Shown: positions 24,301 to 37,296 of the stretch, piece after piece
Layout of the letters: every line of letters starts with the position of its first letter
How positions within the stretch are numbered: position 1 is the first letter of the stretch
Assembly: GCA_013239625.1 (NCBI GenBank)
Contig: MU055594.1
Coordinates: 20,512,039-20,576,038, forward strand
Reading direction: 5' to 3'
DNA length: 64,000 nucleotides
From: Lama guanicoe
Taxonomy: Eukaryota
Translations under genes and position numbers: made by a program
The notes under the pieces: model-generated
What the model was told of the DNA's origin: nothing
Database searches by the model: none
What the model saw: only the letters and a program-made list of their open reading frames with translations

Positions 24301-26004
24301 TTAAAGCTCTTGCCTTTTGGAGATTAATATCTGAAATGAGCACCATCATTAAGAACCCATATTAAAGCCTTCCCTGGAAGATGCATGAAGGAGAGTGATG
24401 AGAGGACAAAGGCCACCTGGAACCCACAACACAGCCCGCTGGACTTCACACTGTGCAACCACGCTGCGTACAGAATGGGTGCAGGGAAGAGATGGATGTG
24501 TTTATAGAAGCTTTTTGCTGGTACTGCATTCTTATCATTTAAAAGGTTCAAGTATTCCCACTGCATCTCCCGTACTTGTTAACGTAATGGCAGTTCTCAT
24601 TATTCTTCTAGAAAAAAAGAAGTGGAGGGACAAATAATGGGAGAACTCCCATGGAGGCAATTAATCCACAAACTCCTCCCAGGACAGACGACGCCACAGT
24701 TATCCCCGTGCTGGTTTCTACACACAGACACACACACACACATAGCAGTCTCCCCAGACGTCCATGTGGGAAACAGGACACATGAGCTCAAAACCACTTT
24801 CCTTCTGCCACCACCTTGACCCCCCATCCCAGACATGCTCTTCATCAGCATGTGCTGTGACCTCTGGCTTGCAAACTACAGACACAAGGGCAAAGATGGA
24901 CACAATGCATAAAACATAGGTCAAGTTTGGAAATCTGATGAAAAGCCTGGCTTGAGCATCCCATGACGTTCTTCCCTGTACAGCAGTCATGTCCTCAGAG
25001 ATGCCTTTGCTGACCACCTCCTGCCCAAGCCTCATATCTACTCTGATTATCTCCCAGAGCCTAGCACATAATGAAAGTACAAAGAGTATCTGTTAATGAA
25101 TGAATGAGAGCCTTTTTTGTCATCCTTCCCCTCTTGCCTAACCCTCCCCCCATTTATCATCCGTTAACTGAAGTTACATCTTCTGTAACTGAAGCCCCTG
25201 AGAACATGAGGGACCAGATGCATCACACCCTTGTCGCTTGGTCCTGCCAGATCCACAGTCTCTACGATAAGGAGAAGGCAGACCCACGGGTGGCCAATGT
25301 GGGGAACCTGGGCTTCTGGTGCACGAACCTAGCAGTTGTGCAAGAGCCCCTCCCTCTGCCGGCGTCCTCTTCCCATTGGTCCACCGTGTCCATCAGGGCC
25401 CAGAGCTCACCAGGCAGAGATGTCCCACCTCTCCCTGCGGCGAAACCCTTCTACCGCCGTCTGTCTGGCCTGATAACATACTAAATGCTCCTAAAAGCAA
25501 CCAACCCCCACGTCTGGGTGTGTTGTGGGAACTAGCATGTCACAGGATGGTTAAAACACAGTGTCTCCAGTGATCACTCCTCACGTCATCACGCAGGAAA
25601 CTGCATCCCAGCACCAGGAACTTGGTTTGCCCCAGGTTAAAAACTCTTTCCTTATTGAGGTGCAAAATGGAAGGAACTGCTTAGTTTTCATTTCAAACCC
25701 CTAAAGTCATTTCCAAAGCAGACTGAATCACGGTCTTGTTGAAGGCTCGGTGGGCAATCAGAGTAACCTCAGACCTCAGGAGCCACCAAAAAGCACCACG
25801 CAAAGGTCTCGTGGTTCATGGATGGACTGCTGACCGACGGCAAACTCTATCAAAGCAGGAGACAGTTTTCCAGATGGGAGACATAAATTTCACTGATGCA
25901 GTGAGGAAAACTAACCACCTTTTATTTCATCCCATAGGGGAAAACACACAAAAACCCACAAAGTCAAAAATGCCTCCTCCCTCCATGTCTTAGTCTGTGT
26001 TTGA

Positions 26005-27420
26005 AGGTGTTTGTTTATTCATTCGACAAAGATGGACTGAGCAACGCAGCAGTGAACAAGGCAAGATGAAACCCTTTCCTGGTGAAGGCTGTGTTCTGGT
26101 GCGGGATGCGGGAAGTAATCAAGTATTCCGTCTGTTAGACAGCGGGGAGGGCCAATGGCAGCAGGAGAGCCGGGGAAGGGGATGGAGTGGGCAGGGCTGC
26201 AATTTTAGATACAGGGCCCCCTTCCCCATGTCTAAGAGAAGGCTCCACTGAGCTAACGTGGGAATCAAGCCCTAACGGGGGTAAGAGAGTAAGCCCAGAG
26301 AGGGAACAGCACGTGCGGAGGAGGCAGGATGCTGGTGGAGATAAGGAGGAGCAGGGGGGCTACGGTTCATCTGGAGCAAGTGAGCACTGAGGACACATGG
26401 TATGCGTCCGAGCTTGGAGACGAGGGCCGGGAGGGGAGTATAGATGCACTGGGTTTTCCAGCTGCTCCTTTGTGTGCCAGTGGCAAGTCACCGGGGAATT
26501 TGACTTTTCAATGACAGGAATGACACGATCTGACTTACACTGAACAGGATCACTCTGATCGTTGTGTCAAGAATAAACTAAAAGGGGCACAGGCAGAAGT
26601 GGAACAATCAGTTAAGAGGCCATGGCAACGATCCAGGAGGGAGGTACCAGTAGCTTGGGTCAGGGTGGTGGTTGTGAAAATGAGAAGCAATGGTCGGCTT
26701 CTGCACCTATGTTGAAAGTAGAGGCGGGAGGGTATAGAGCTCAGTGGTAGAATGTATGCTTAGCATGCACGAGGTCCTGGGTTCAAGCCCTAGTACCTCC
26801 ACTAAAAAAAATAAATGAATAAATAAACCTAATTACCTCTTCTCCCTCACCCCAAAAAAAATTTAAAAAAAGGAGAGCTGATGGGATTTGCTAATGCATG
26901 GAACACAGGGTGAGAAAAAAGGAAAGGAGTTGAGGACGGTGCCAAGGTTTTGCTCTGAGCAGTGGCAAGCCCCGAGGACCCATCTTCCACATTGGGTAAT
27001 GGATGTGGATGGATGGTTTGGGTTTCAGGTTTATGTAGCTACAGGGGGAGGAGCCGGCTGGACACCTGGGTCTGTCAGGCAGGTGGGAGGCTATCTGTGT
27101 GTCAAGGTCAGGTACAAGATCCAGGCTGGACAGGGAATTAGCAGCAGACAGGTGGTACTCAAAGCCATGGGTAACCCGGGGATGGAGACCGCGCAGGTAG
27201 AAGAGAGGTGCAAGTCCTCACCCCGGGCTCTCCACTACTTAGAGGTCGGGTCGGAGAGGAGGAACTAGCCAGGGAGCTGGAGAAGAGACAGAAGGAGCAG
27301 GTGGGAAGAGAACCAAGACAGGGTGGTGTCCGGGAGGCCAAGGGAAAGTGTTTCCAGAAGAAGGGAATCTGGGCTGCCAATGAGTCAAGTAGAGGAAAAC
27401 CCAGAACCGAACAACACAGT
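26005..27420 (-). mobile_element. L2 LINE remnant with nested SINE
   Basis: Starts with the L2 3'-end signature in reverse (ttattcattcgacaaa...actgagc), followed by purine-rich L2 body motifs (aggatcactctg, atgttgaaagtagag). Confidence 0.75.
26722..26870 (+). mobile_element. tRNA-derived SINE (Vic-1-like) inserted in L2
   Basis: gggagggtatagagctcagtggtagaatgtatgcttagcatgcacgaggtcctgggttcaagcc; tail aaataaacctaattacctc. Confidence 0.9.
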
Positions 27421-28879
27421 TAGAACTGTGTTGTCAGACTATGTAGAAAAGAGGCAAGACTAGGGCTAACACACTGGCATGTTTCACTGATTCTAAGACA
27501 TCTGAATGCCTTTTTAATCAACGCCTTTCCATAGCTCGAATCCAGTGTTTTTTTCCCCTTGTGGTGTATACATAATAAAAGACCCATCCCACAATCAGTG
27601 GTGTCTTAGATTTGATGAACTATCATAAGAATCGTTATTTTTTAAACTTGTACCCTTGAAGCCACCTACTTTTTACAACTTGCCATATTACCAGCAACCT
27701 AATGTGTCAAATTCTGTATGTACACGGCAGCGGTCACAACCAATTCCTTGTGAAGAATGACCAACAGAATTCTAGAAATTCCTCCTCCTCTGCAAAATCT
27801 GCTTACATAACACCTGACCGGGTGGATTCAAGGACACTAACTTGCAAGAACTTTTTTTTTCCCTACTTGTATTTTAGCCCTACCAGGGGGAGAATGCTGA
27901 TGTGTTTTTCAACATCGCAAACAGCTTAAATTCAAAAGCTGTTAGTTAGATAAATTAGAGAATAAAATATACATTAAAAAAAAAATACCTGCCCTCTAAA
28001 GCCGAGAAGAAGCAGCCCGCAGTGGGTACGCCTGGGAACAACAGCAGCCTCCCATGGGCAAAGGCCACGTCTCCCGAGACTTGGTGCACAAGATAATGCT
28101 TTTTAGGCCATCGAAATAAGAGGCTTTTCTCCTGCGATGGGTCTGCGGGCTTTATAACCCTCAAACATCCTAGAGGTGGAACCGAACGGTGCTGTCTACT
28201 GGAAATAGCATTACTGGAAGCAAAGGTGGAAAAGCCGGGGGGGGGGGGTAAGGGGTGGAAAACAGCCCGCCTGTCCCTGCCTGTTCTCTGTAAAGTGACA
28301 GAAGCCCCACGGGGCAGAGCAAGAACCCAGCAGCCTCTTAAAAGGAATCATCTGCTCCCTTCAGCCCAGCTTCCTGGTGTTAACATTTCAAGGCTACTTC
28401 CCCTAGGAAATTCGGGCTGACAGACAGGATGACTGTCTGGAATTTTTAGTCCAGGAGGCTTCTGGCAAAGAAATGGAAGGTTTCTTTGGTTGCAGCGGCG
28501 GCTGCTGCCGTCTGGGGCTGAGAAAACCCCCCAGTGCAACAGATGTGAGTTCTGATTAGCAGGACTCCATCACCTCTGACTTATTTGAAACAGCCTTAAT
28601 TGTTTTCAAACAGCCCTCAGCGCCTTCAGCCATTGCGTATCTGGCTTTAGAAGTTTTCCATTTCAAGCATTCCAAGAAAAAAGTGAAAAAGGAGGAAATC
28701 AGAGGGAATTCTACGGAGGAAAACTCACCATTTGATGACAGTGTTGTCGTTGTTTTATTTCAGAACAAGTTGGGATTTGCTAAGGGAAATAAATTTTTCT
28801 TGATGGAGCATGATTACAAAAAAAAAAAATCAACCATGGACACCTAGAAATTTCTAACACTGAAAAATTAAAATCCAGA

Positions 28880-29120
28880 TGTTTATAAATCCAGATGCTA
28901 AGAATCAAGAGGCAGGGTCTAGAGTCAGACTGGTGTCTGAATTTAAAACCCGGCCCTGCCTCTTTGTAGCTGTGTGCCCTTGGGCAAGTGACTCTCTGTA
29001 CTTGTTTTCCCACCTGCAAAACGGTGATGATTGTGGCCAACCTCATGGGGTTCAGAAAATTAAGTAAATATTTATAAAAATGCTTAGAACAGCCTACAGC
29101 ATTCAATAAGTATGAGATTA
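28880..29120 (+). mobile_element. MIR SINE
   Basis: tagagtcagactgg...tagctgtgtgcccttgggcaagtgact...gttttcccacctgcaaaacgg...tgcttagaacagcct. Confidence 0.8.
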
Positions 29121-30024
29121 AGTCTTTGTTGAAATTAAGTAGGCAATGAAAACTTAATGGTAGCAGAAATCTTTCGCATGAGGTTAGAAAATTATATTAG
29201 TAAGTCATCATCTTCTGTCCCCCCCAGATCATCTATGGGCAGTAGCAGGCTCCGAATAACCTCACTCTAGGAAAAAAATTAAGTGGAGAAGCACTTACTA
29301 CTGAATTCCTAACGCACTTCACTTGCTCTTTATTCCTGAACACTGCATATGGTGGTGAAAAAATGAAATGTTTTCTTAAGCCATCCCTGAAACCTGATTG
29401 GAGAGTGTATTGCTATTGTTCAAATACAACAAGGACATAGTTTCCAGTTACTCATCACCTGTCCCTAATTAACCTTCGCAACTTTGGGGAAATATCTGTA
29501 CTAGAAACACAATCACAGCTCCACTCCTACAATTAGACTGCACCTTGCTGCTTCCCCTGGAAGGAGGATGAAGTCTGCAGAGTTGTGAATCTGGGAGATG
29601 CATTTGCTTCCTACGCCCCAGTAAAGACCAGTTCTCCCACACTGGATCAATCATAGATGAGGAAACACAACTGGGGAAAAAAGGAAACATTTTTTCTCAA
29701 CCTGTTGTTGGGATGCGTAAGGACCCAGAACTGAGAACAGGGTTGTTACTGAGTAAAATCTAAAGACAACAGAGATCAGAGGGGATGTGTTTCTGCTTGT
29801 TTGCCAGGTAAGGTGGGATGATGTCATAGTGGATAGGACGGAAGAAATAAAAAATATCTTACCAGAAACTCAAGGTCTAAAATGTAGCTCAGTGCAAGCA
29901 AGCACAGTGCCGGAACCTTTTAAGTAAGTGCACTAAGCAAATTATGTCCTGTTTCTCAAGCAGGATTGCTTTCCCTAAGAACAGGCTTCACGTACAGGTT
30001 AGAACATCAAAGTTACGCAAATAA

Positions 30025-30428
30025 CATGGATAGACCCAGAGATGATCAGACTAAGTGAAGTAAGTCAGATAGAGAAAGACAAACATCATGATGTCACTTA
30101 TATGTGGAATCTGAAAAAATGATGCAAATGAATCTATTTACAAAACAGAAACAGATTCGCAGACATAGAAAACAAACTTATGGTTACCAAGGAAGAAAGG
30201 AAGGACGAGGGAGGAATTAGGAGTTTGGGATTAGCAGATAGTAACTACTATATATAAAACAGATACACAACGAGGTCCTACTGTATAGCACAGGCAACTA
30301 TGTTCAATATCTTATAATAAACTATAATGGAAAAGAATCTGAAAAGAATATATATTTACATATAACTGAATCACTATGCTGTACAACTGGAACTAACACA
30401 ACATTGTAAATCAACTACAACTGTTTTA
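30025..30428 (+). mobile_element. L1 3' end (ORF2 C-terminus + 3' UTR) with 16-bp TSD
   Basis: TSD aaagttacgcaaataa (30009-30024) / aaagttatgcaaataa (30429-30444). Confidence 0.92.
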
Positions 30429-31123
30429 AAAGTTATGCAAATAAGAGGTTCAACCACTAAGCCAGCTGGTCTGTAATTCAGTCTTTAGGTTTCAGGCCTG
30501 AGATATGCAAAGGAAGGTTGCGGGTTGTTTTCAACTTCACCTTTCAGGTTTGGCATCAGTGAAGAATAGGATTTTAGAATGGAAGGTTAGAGATATCTGA
30601 ATCCAAGACCTTCACTGGACAGGTGAGCAGAACCAGGCCCCGCAAGGCCCCCTTGGCACAGCCTCCCTCTCCCAGCCAATCGCGCCTCCTCCTGAGGTTC
30701 CCGGTTTCCCCTGTGCCCAGGGTCTTTCTCTTCCCCTCGTTCTCCCAGGCTTCACCATCAGCTCAGCAGGTGCTCCTCATATTTGCAAGAGCAGGTAATG
30801 TGACCAAAGGTTCTTCCTTCCTAGATCGATTAGAACCAGACTCCACGGGCCACATTTTCTATTCTAGCTGGTTCTGTACTGGTCCATCAGACCTCAAGGC
30901 ATTTTACGGCCAAAGTTCCCAGCACAGATTTTTCCCTGCAGCCATTTCTCCCGGCCCCTATAACTCATTACATGTGACCCTTAATGGATTTCTACTTGGG
31001 TTGAAATAGATAGAAATCTGATCCTCCTGGCCACATAAGGTCTCATCTTGTGTTCCCACCACTAGGATTCTGTGAAAGCAGGGTAGCAGTTTTGTGGAAT
31101 TTGACTTGAAAACCATAAATCCA

Positions 31124-31381
31124 GGGAGAGAGGGGAGAGATGAATCGGGAGTTTGGGATTAACAGATACACACTACTATATATAAAGTAGGTAAACAACA
31201 AGGACCTATTATATAGAACAGGGAACTACATTCAATATCTTGTACTAGCCTATAATGGAAAAGAATCTGAAAAAGAATGTATATCTGTATAGGTATATGT
31301 ATAATTGAATCACTTTGCTGCACACATGAAACTAACATAACATTGTAAATCAACTACACTTCAATTAAAAAAAAAAAAAAG
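31124..31381 (+). mobile_element. L1 3' UTR with poly(A)
   Basis: gggagtttgggattaacagatacacactactatatataaa...cattgtaaatcaactacacttcaattaaaaaaaa. Confidence 0.9.
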
Positions 31382-32405
31382 ACAAAACCCCTAAGTTCAT
31401 GGAAGGCAGAGAGGGATGAGTGGAGCCAAATAAAGAGGTTCTGGTTGGCAAGGAAGATGAGGACCCCTGGCCTGGCTTCAGAGTGCCAGGGATCTAGATG
31501 GCATTCAGGAACACAGCACCGTCTGCTTAAGGTGAGCAAAGCTAAGTGAGGTCTTACGTGACCTCCTATACAGAGCACCCACATTTAGGTGATTTTAAAC
31601 CCACCTTCATCCTCATGAACAACTCAGTGTGAAATGGATAAGGACCAGAGAAAGATCTTATTATACAGGATTCTTTGCTGCCCAGAACTGAGCGCAGTCA
31701 GATCAACAAGGTATTGTTTCCAGAGGCCTCTCTGAGCACCTGGAATGGTTTTTATTAAACAGAACCTCTCTTTGTGATGGGATTTTAAACTGGTTGTACC
31801 TTTGAGAACAGCAATTTGGAAAGAAGAGAATTTCCTTTTTTTAAAAAAAAAAAAACCACCTTAACTATAAACATCCCAATACAAAATCTTGCGGGGAAAA
31901 AGTTAAACTACTGGATGAGACCTGAATGAAACAGCTGTGATTTAGCTGGAAAAGTCTATTGCTGAAGTCCTGCTTTCACGGAAGGCAGGGTCAGGTTTTG
32001 TTTGGCACTTCCATTCTTTCTACAAAAGAGAATATTGTTTCAAGGACAAAGGCATAGGAGTTTACAAGGTTACAGTGGCCCTGACTATGCCTAAGACCGT
32101 TGTGTGAAGTTGCTTTCTGAGGCTGGACCAGATTTACTTCGACAGCTCCCTGTGGTCTCAAGAAATCTGAAAACTGCACTGCAAGGGAATACAGCTGACC
32201 GTAACCTAATCCATAAATGCAGCTACTGACTGGAATGGCTTCTTTAATAAATGGAATAATGAGAAGAGCGTTCCAAATACTCACATATTTGAGCAAAATG
32301 TTCGCGCTACCATAATTTTCTTAGTCATTTCCCTAAAACTGGCCCTTTGATTATTTCCAGTTTCTATTTATTATACGTAATGCTGAATTAAAAGTTCAAG
32401 ATCTT

Positions 32406-32785
32406 CAGGGGAGGGAAGGATAAATTAGGAGCTTCAGATTAGCAGGTAAACACTACTACATATAAAATAAATAAACAAAGACCTACTGTATAGCACAGTG
32501 AACTACATTCAACATCTTGAGGCAACCTATAATGGAAAAGAATCTGAAAAAATGTGTGTGTATGTGTATGTAAATGTGTGTGTGTGTATATCTATATATA
32601 TATGGATAACTGAATTACTAAGTTATACATCTGAAACTAACACAACATTGTAAATCAACTATACTTCAAAAAAAAAAAATCCCAAAGCAAATATATGGTT
32701 ACTATCAGGAGACAGTATAAGTAGACCAGTAAATGGTCTGAAGAATGGAATAAAAGTACAAGGTTTCTCAAAAAAAAAAAAAAAA
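32406..32785 (+). mobile_element. L1 3' UTR + poly(A) + 90-bp transduced sequence + second poly(A), all inside one TSD
   Basis: TSD aaaagttcaagatctt (32390-32405) / aaaaattcaagatctt (32781-32796); A12 at 32668-32679; AATAAA at 32749-32754; A16 at 32770-32785. Confidence 0.85.
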
Positions 32786-33473
32786 TTCAAGATCTTTGTG
32801 CTTAAATATTTTGTGTGTGTTTCTGGTTTTTATCTTTCTGGTAGATTCACAAAAATAGAACTGCTGGGCTGAAAGGTATGAAGATTTTTAAGGCTCAATA
32901 CAAAAGGCCAAACCACTTTTCAGGAAGGTAAGTCTCAGCCTTCATCTTTAAGGAGAAAGATCCCAAATGGAATTATCAAAACTTCGGGCTGAAATTTCAT
33001 TCAATATTAAGGAAAGGGAAGTTACCGCCACAGTCTGAAAACTGCAGCCTTCAACTCAAACTTAGCTGCTAAGACAAATTCTAGAAGTTAGTTTTTGCTT
33101 TCAAAAGAGGAAAAACTGAGATTTCCCAGCCTGGACCCACCACACACACTGACCACTAAGGAAAAGATACAGAACCCAGCATCAGACGACCATCTGTAAA
33201 CTAAGGTTCAGGTGTCTGAACTCCAAGAGACCTTCCTATCTTCCTGATAGAAATGGGGTCCTAAAAATGTAAGAGGGGAAAAGTACATGTGAGAAAAGGG
33301 CTAGGAATCTAAAAGCAAGGTTCAAATTCAAAAAGACAAACTTAAGGCAAGCTGTATTTATTTTTGCCTCCCTCTTATTTTCTTAGCAGACTCGTGGGAG
33401 GAAGTGAGGACTCCAAAGTCGGGAGACACTGAGTCAGTCCCATCTGTCCTGAACCAAAGACTACCCTGGGTCA

Positions 33474-33820
33474 CATGACATCACTTATATGTGGAATCTA
33501 AAGTGACACAAATGAACGTACTTACAAAACAGAAACAGACTCACAGACGTAGAAAACAAACTTACGGTTACCAAAGTGGAAATGGGGGGATAAATTGGGA
33601 GTTTGGGATTAGCAGACACGAACTACTATACGTAAAACAGAAAAACAATAAGGTCCTACTGTAGAGCCCAGGGAACTATATTCACTATCTTATAATAGCT
33701 TATAATGAAAAAGGATATGAAAAGGAACGTATATATATGCATAATGGAATCACTAAGCTGTACACCAGAAACTAACGCAATATTGTAAACTGACTATACT
33801 GCAATTGAAAAAAAAAAAAA
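33474..33820 (+). mobile_element. L1 3' end with perfect 18-bp TSD, inserted into a MIR-like element
   Basis: aaagactaccctgggtca at 33456-33473 and 33818-33835. Confidence 0.93.
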
Positions 33821-34162
33821 GACTACCCTGGGTCAGCGCAGCTAAGCCTCTCTGAACTTGATTCCCTCGCTTGTTAAATGAGAAGGTTGAACAAAGCCCC
33901 TAGAGGTCATTCGCAGGTCTCTGATCCCACAACACTCTCCTTTAAACATGCCAGGAGAACCGGGGGCAGAGGGGTGATTCTCCCTGAACGTAGGGCGTCG
34001 AAGGCTGACCACCTCATCTTTCCTAACGCAACTAGATCAGCCAGCATTTGGTGCACAGAAGAGATTCCAGAAACTCTGCATGTTCCTTTCCTTCTGCCAA
34101 CAGGGACTAGGGAGGGAGAGGCTGGGGCATCGGGAAGTGAGGAGAAAAGACGGAAGGCTCAC

Positions 34163-34660
34163 CGTGGCCGTTGCAGTAGTAGATCCACTTCTCCCGCTGC
34201 GGGGCTGGGGTCATGGACTTCTTCAGCCCGGCCTTTTCCACGATGGCGCTGGGGTCCTGCCGCGGCCCCTTCTTCAGTGTCCTGGAGCTCTTCCGGACAC
34301 TGCACACCACTATCACCACAAGCACCAGCAGCAGGAAGAGCACGATCATCCAGGGCAGATGCTCATTGATGTCGAAATGCTTGTGGGGGTTCTGCCTGGG
34401 GTGGCCCCTCTTGAGGCCCTTGAGGGGCGTGCTGGACTTCTCGCCCCCCGTGGCCTCCATGGACGGCAGCAGCTTCAGGATGTGTCTGTGGTGGGGGCCT
34501 TGCTGGTGGCTGACGACCTGGAGGCTGGGGAGGGTCTGGTTCCTGCCTTCCTCCCGCTTCGCTGAGCTTGTGTTGTCAGGGACGGTCCCCTCCCGGATGC
34601 CGCTCGACGGCACCTTTGGTCTAACAGAGGCAGAAGAGTTGGATTCTGTTGAGTTCGTGC
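34163..34660 (-). CDS. TNFRSF21: TNFRSF21 coding exon 3 (stalk, transmembrane helix, juxtamembrane region)
   Basis: Acceptor ttttttctag|GC, donor CACG|gtgagc; 498 nt; contains [38 protein letters not shown] and KWIYYCNGH. Confidence 0.98.
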
Positions 34661-36193
34661 CTAGAAAAAAGAGTAAGGAGTGGGGAAGAGCTTTTCTATA
34701 GGTGGGGTCTACACACTCCCTCCTCTGCCTCATCATCTCCAGACCAGGCCAGATAATCAAAGAAGAGATGAACTTCAGAGCTTAAGAATAAAGAACAATG
34801 CATGTTTTCATAAAGACCCTAACAGCACCATTACGTGGAAGGTAGAAACTCAACTTAACAGCTAAACTCATGTCCTTATGTTAAGGCCAAGGGCATCCTT
34901 GAGGAATCCAACATGTGAGCATCACAGCAGCTTGTCCTGCTCTGCACACACTGAGTCCACTCTTAAATGTTTCGATTATTCAGAGAACTAGTTCCAGCTG
35001 AATTCCTTTGTCCTTTAATTCCTTTATTCCTCCTCTCCCACCTTTTGGCTATTTCATGACCCCATCATGAAATAAATCTCCATCGTAAAAGGGAGAATGT
35101 AACTAAGCGTATAGAAAAGAGCTCAAACTCAAATTCAAGTGTGACCAGCGAATGGTATGGTGACATAGGTCAGTGAGATAAGACAGGGCTGGCTCAGTAT
35201 GTGCTATTATTAGAGAAGCAAGATGGGGCCGGCAGCTTAGTGGACTTCCAGAGAAGCTTCCACAAGTGTTCTTCAAAAGGGGTGTGAGAGCCAGGGATTT
35301 CGAGTCCCAAGGCCTGGCCTGCATCAGCCTCTGAGGAAACCTGGACAGGTCACATAAGCTCTCCGAGCCTGTTTCTTCACTTCCAAATGGCGGTCGCAGG
35401 AAGGCCCTCCTTACACGACCGTCAAAGGTAACCACTCGTGAGAGTTCACTGGAAAGCACAGCTCACGTTGGGCTACTATCTCATGGAAATTCAATTCAAT
35501 CAAAAAGGATTTAAAAATAAAAAACTAAATTTTATTCTTGCCTATGGTTCAAAATGCATTCTGGGGGAAACCGGGATATACTTGATGGAGAACATAAAGT
35601 TCAAATCGTCTGAACAAAAGAAACTATTTTCCAGAGAGTCACCTTCAGTGTGATGCAACTATGTTTGTTTCCTGAAGCGTCTGCCCTAGTTTGCTGTTCT
35701 CTGCCCCACCTCACACCCAACAGTCATCCCTTCCCTTCCAGATGTCATGGTATTTCTCTCCCCTTCTTTCTGACCTTCAGGCTGTGTCTCTCCAGGACCT
35801 ACTGGGTGTTGGAAAACTTTTCAACTGGAAGGGACCTTAAAACATGTAAACCACTCATTTACTGTGTCTTATGATTGCCAAGTTTGAGACCAAGGCCTGA
35901 GGAAGTTCAGCGACTTACATGAGGCCCCCCACTGACCTTGTTTCTCTGCGTTATTTTCTAGCTGGAGGTAACCTAGTTTTCAGATACTTGATCCCCCCAA
36001 TAGATAACTTCTGAGTCTAAATGTCTCTAATGGGTCCAAAGGAGCCAGAATTTAAAGAGCCACAAAATGCAAGGCCCTTCTTCAAGGAGTGACTTTCGAA
36101 TATGGAGAGCACATCCCGGGTCCAAGCCCATTCTGGGCACCTCCGCTGGGCTCGAGGCCTTCCACAAACACGTAACTCACGAGGTTAAGTTAC

Positions 36194-36842
36194 CTTTGGG
36201 AACGTAAGTGGAGGAAGGGACGAGGTGGGGTTGCGTGTGCTCGGGGCGTGAAAAGATGGCTGTGCCCGGGGAAGGCGGGGCTGGGCTGGAGGACGGAAGC
36301 GGGCCGCAGACGTTGTCTGCTTCCTTGGTCCCCGGTTTGATCACCACCAGGTTCTGACTCAGACAATCTGTGTGGGCTTTGCATCGCATCACACTGGAAG
36401 GCACATCAGAGAAGGTACCCCGAGCGCACTGCTTGCACCGCACGTCCTCGGCCTCCGTCCCTTTCTTCCGCACCCCCCAACCCACAGGGCACACCGTGTG
36501 GGGGGCGCAGGTAGCATTCGCCTGGAACATGCCAGGTGGGCAAGTGCATTCTCGGTCAGTCAAGGCAGCACAAGGTAATTTCTCCACCATCGGCCAGGGG
36601 CATGGCAGAGTACACTCGTGGCATCTCTCTATGCCATTCTCGTGTCTGGTGAAGGTCCCCACGGGGCAGCGGCTGCAGACACGCAGGCTTGTGTTGGTAC
36701 AGTGTTCAGACACATAGGTTCCTGCCGGACACTTGTCACAGATCAGCACCTGGCCGGTGACACGGTCAACATGGTGGTATTTGCCAGGGATACTCGGGGC
36801 CTTCTGTTCCGGCTGAGCCATGGTGGTACTGAGAAATCCAAG
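36194..36842 (-). CDS. TNFRSF21: TNFRSF21 coding exon 2 (end of signal peptide, four TNFR cysteine-rich domains)
   Basis: Acceptor tctttcag|CTT, donor AAAG|gtaact; 649 nt; translates [14 protein letters not shown]...[22 protein letters not shown]...TYVPK, the DR6 CRD region. Confidence 0.98.
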
Positions 36843-37296
36843 CTGAAAGAAAGAAAGGGATGGGGGAGGAATAAAACCCAAGAAGGTGTTATACAGGAAG
36901 AGGAGGAGGACAGATGGGACAATCCCAACCCCACCATCACCCTTCCTATTAAAGGTCTGACCAGGACTGTATCCTCTTGACACTAGGGCTGCAACAAAAC
37001 AGAAAGCGAGAAACAAAAATTCCATCCAGTTCCATATGGGGCCTGAACTGCTGGCTGTGGAGCTTTGGTTTTGTTGCCTTTTGACCTTAGCCTCGCTTCC
37101 GTTTTTCCAGTCTGTAAAATGAAGCGGATGGTACCTCTCAGATCAATTAGAAATTCAACTGAGAATGTGAATGTGAAAGCACTTTGTGACTTACATTAAA
37201 AATGCTACACATTTTTAATCCTAATGTTAAATCCTATTGCAAGAGAAAATAACTTGCCAAATAGGGTCTTCCTTCCGTGGCCCAACAGTTGCCGTC

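Noticed and set aside
33878-34701. 160-aa plus-strand ORFs opposite exon 3 (similar ones lie opposite exons 2, 4 and 5)
   Set aside because: Antisense shadows of GC3-rich coding exons, with no independent gene structure.
36843-37025. Hydrophobic ORF extension upstream of exon 2 resembling an alternative signal peptide
   Set aside because: It is the polypyrimidine tract and intron read in frame. The canonical acceptor at 36843-36844 and the true exon 1 explain the protein.
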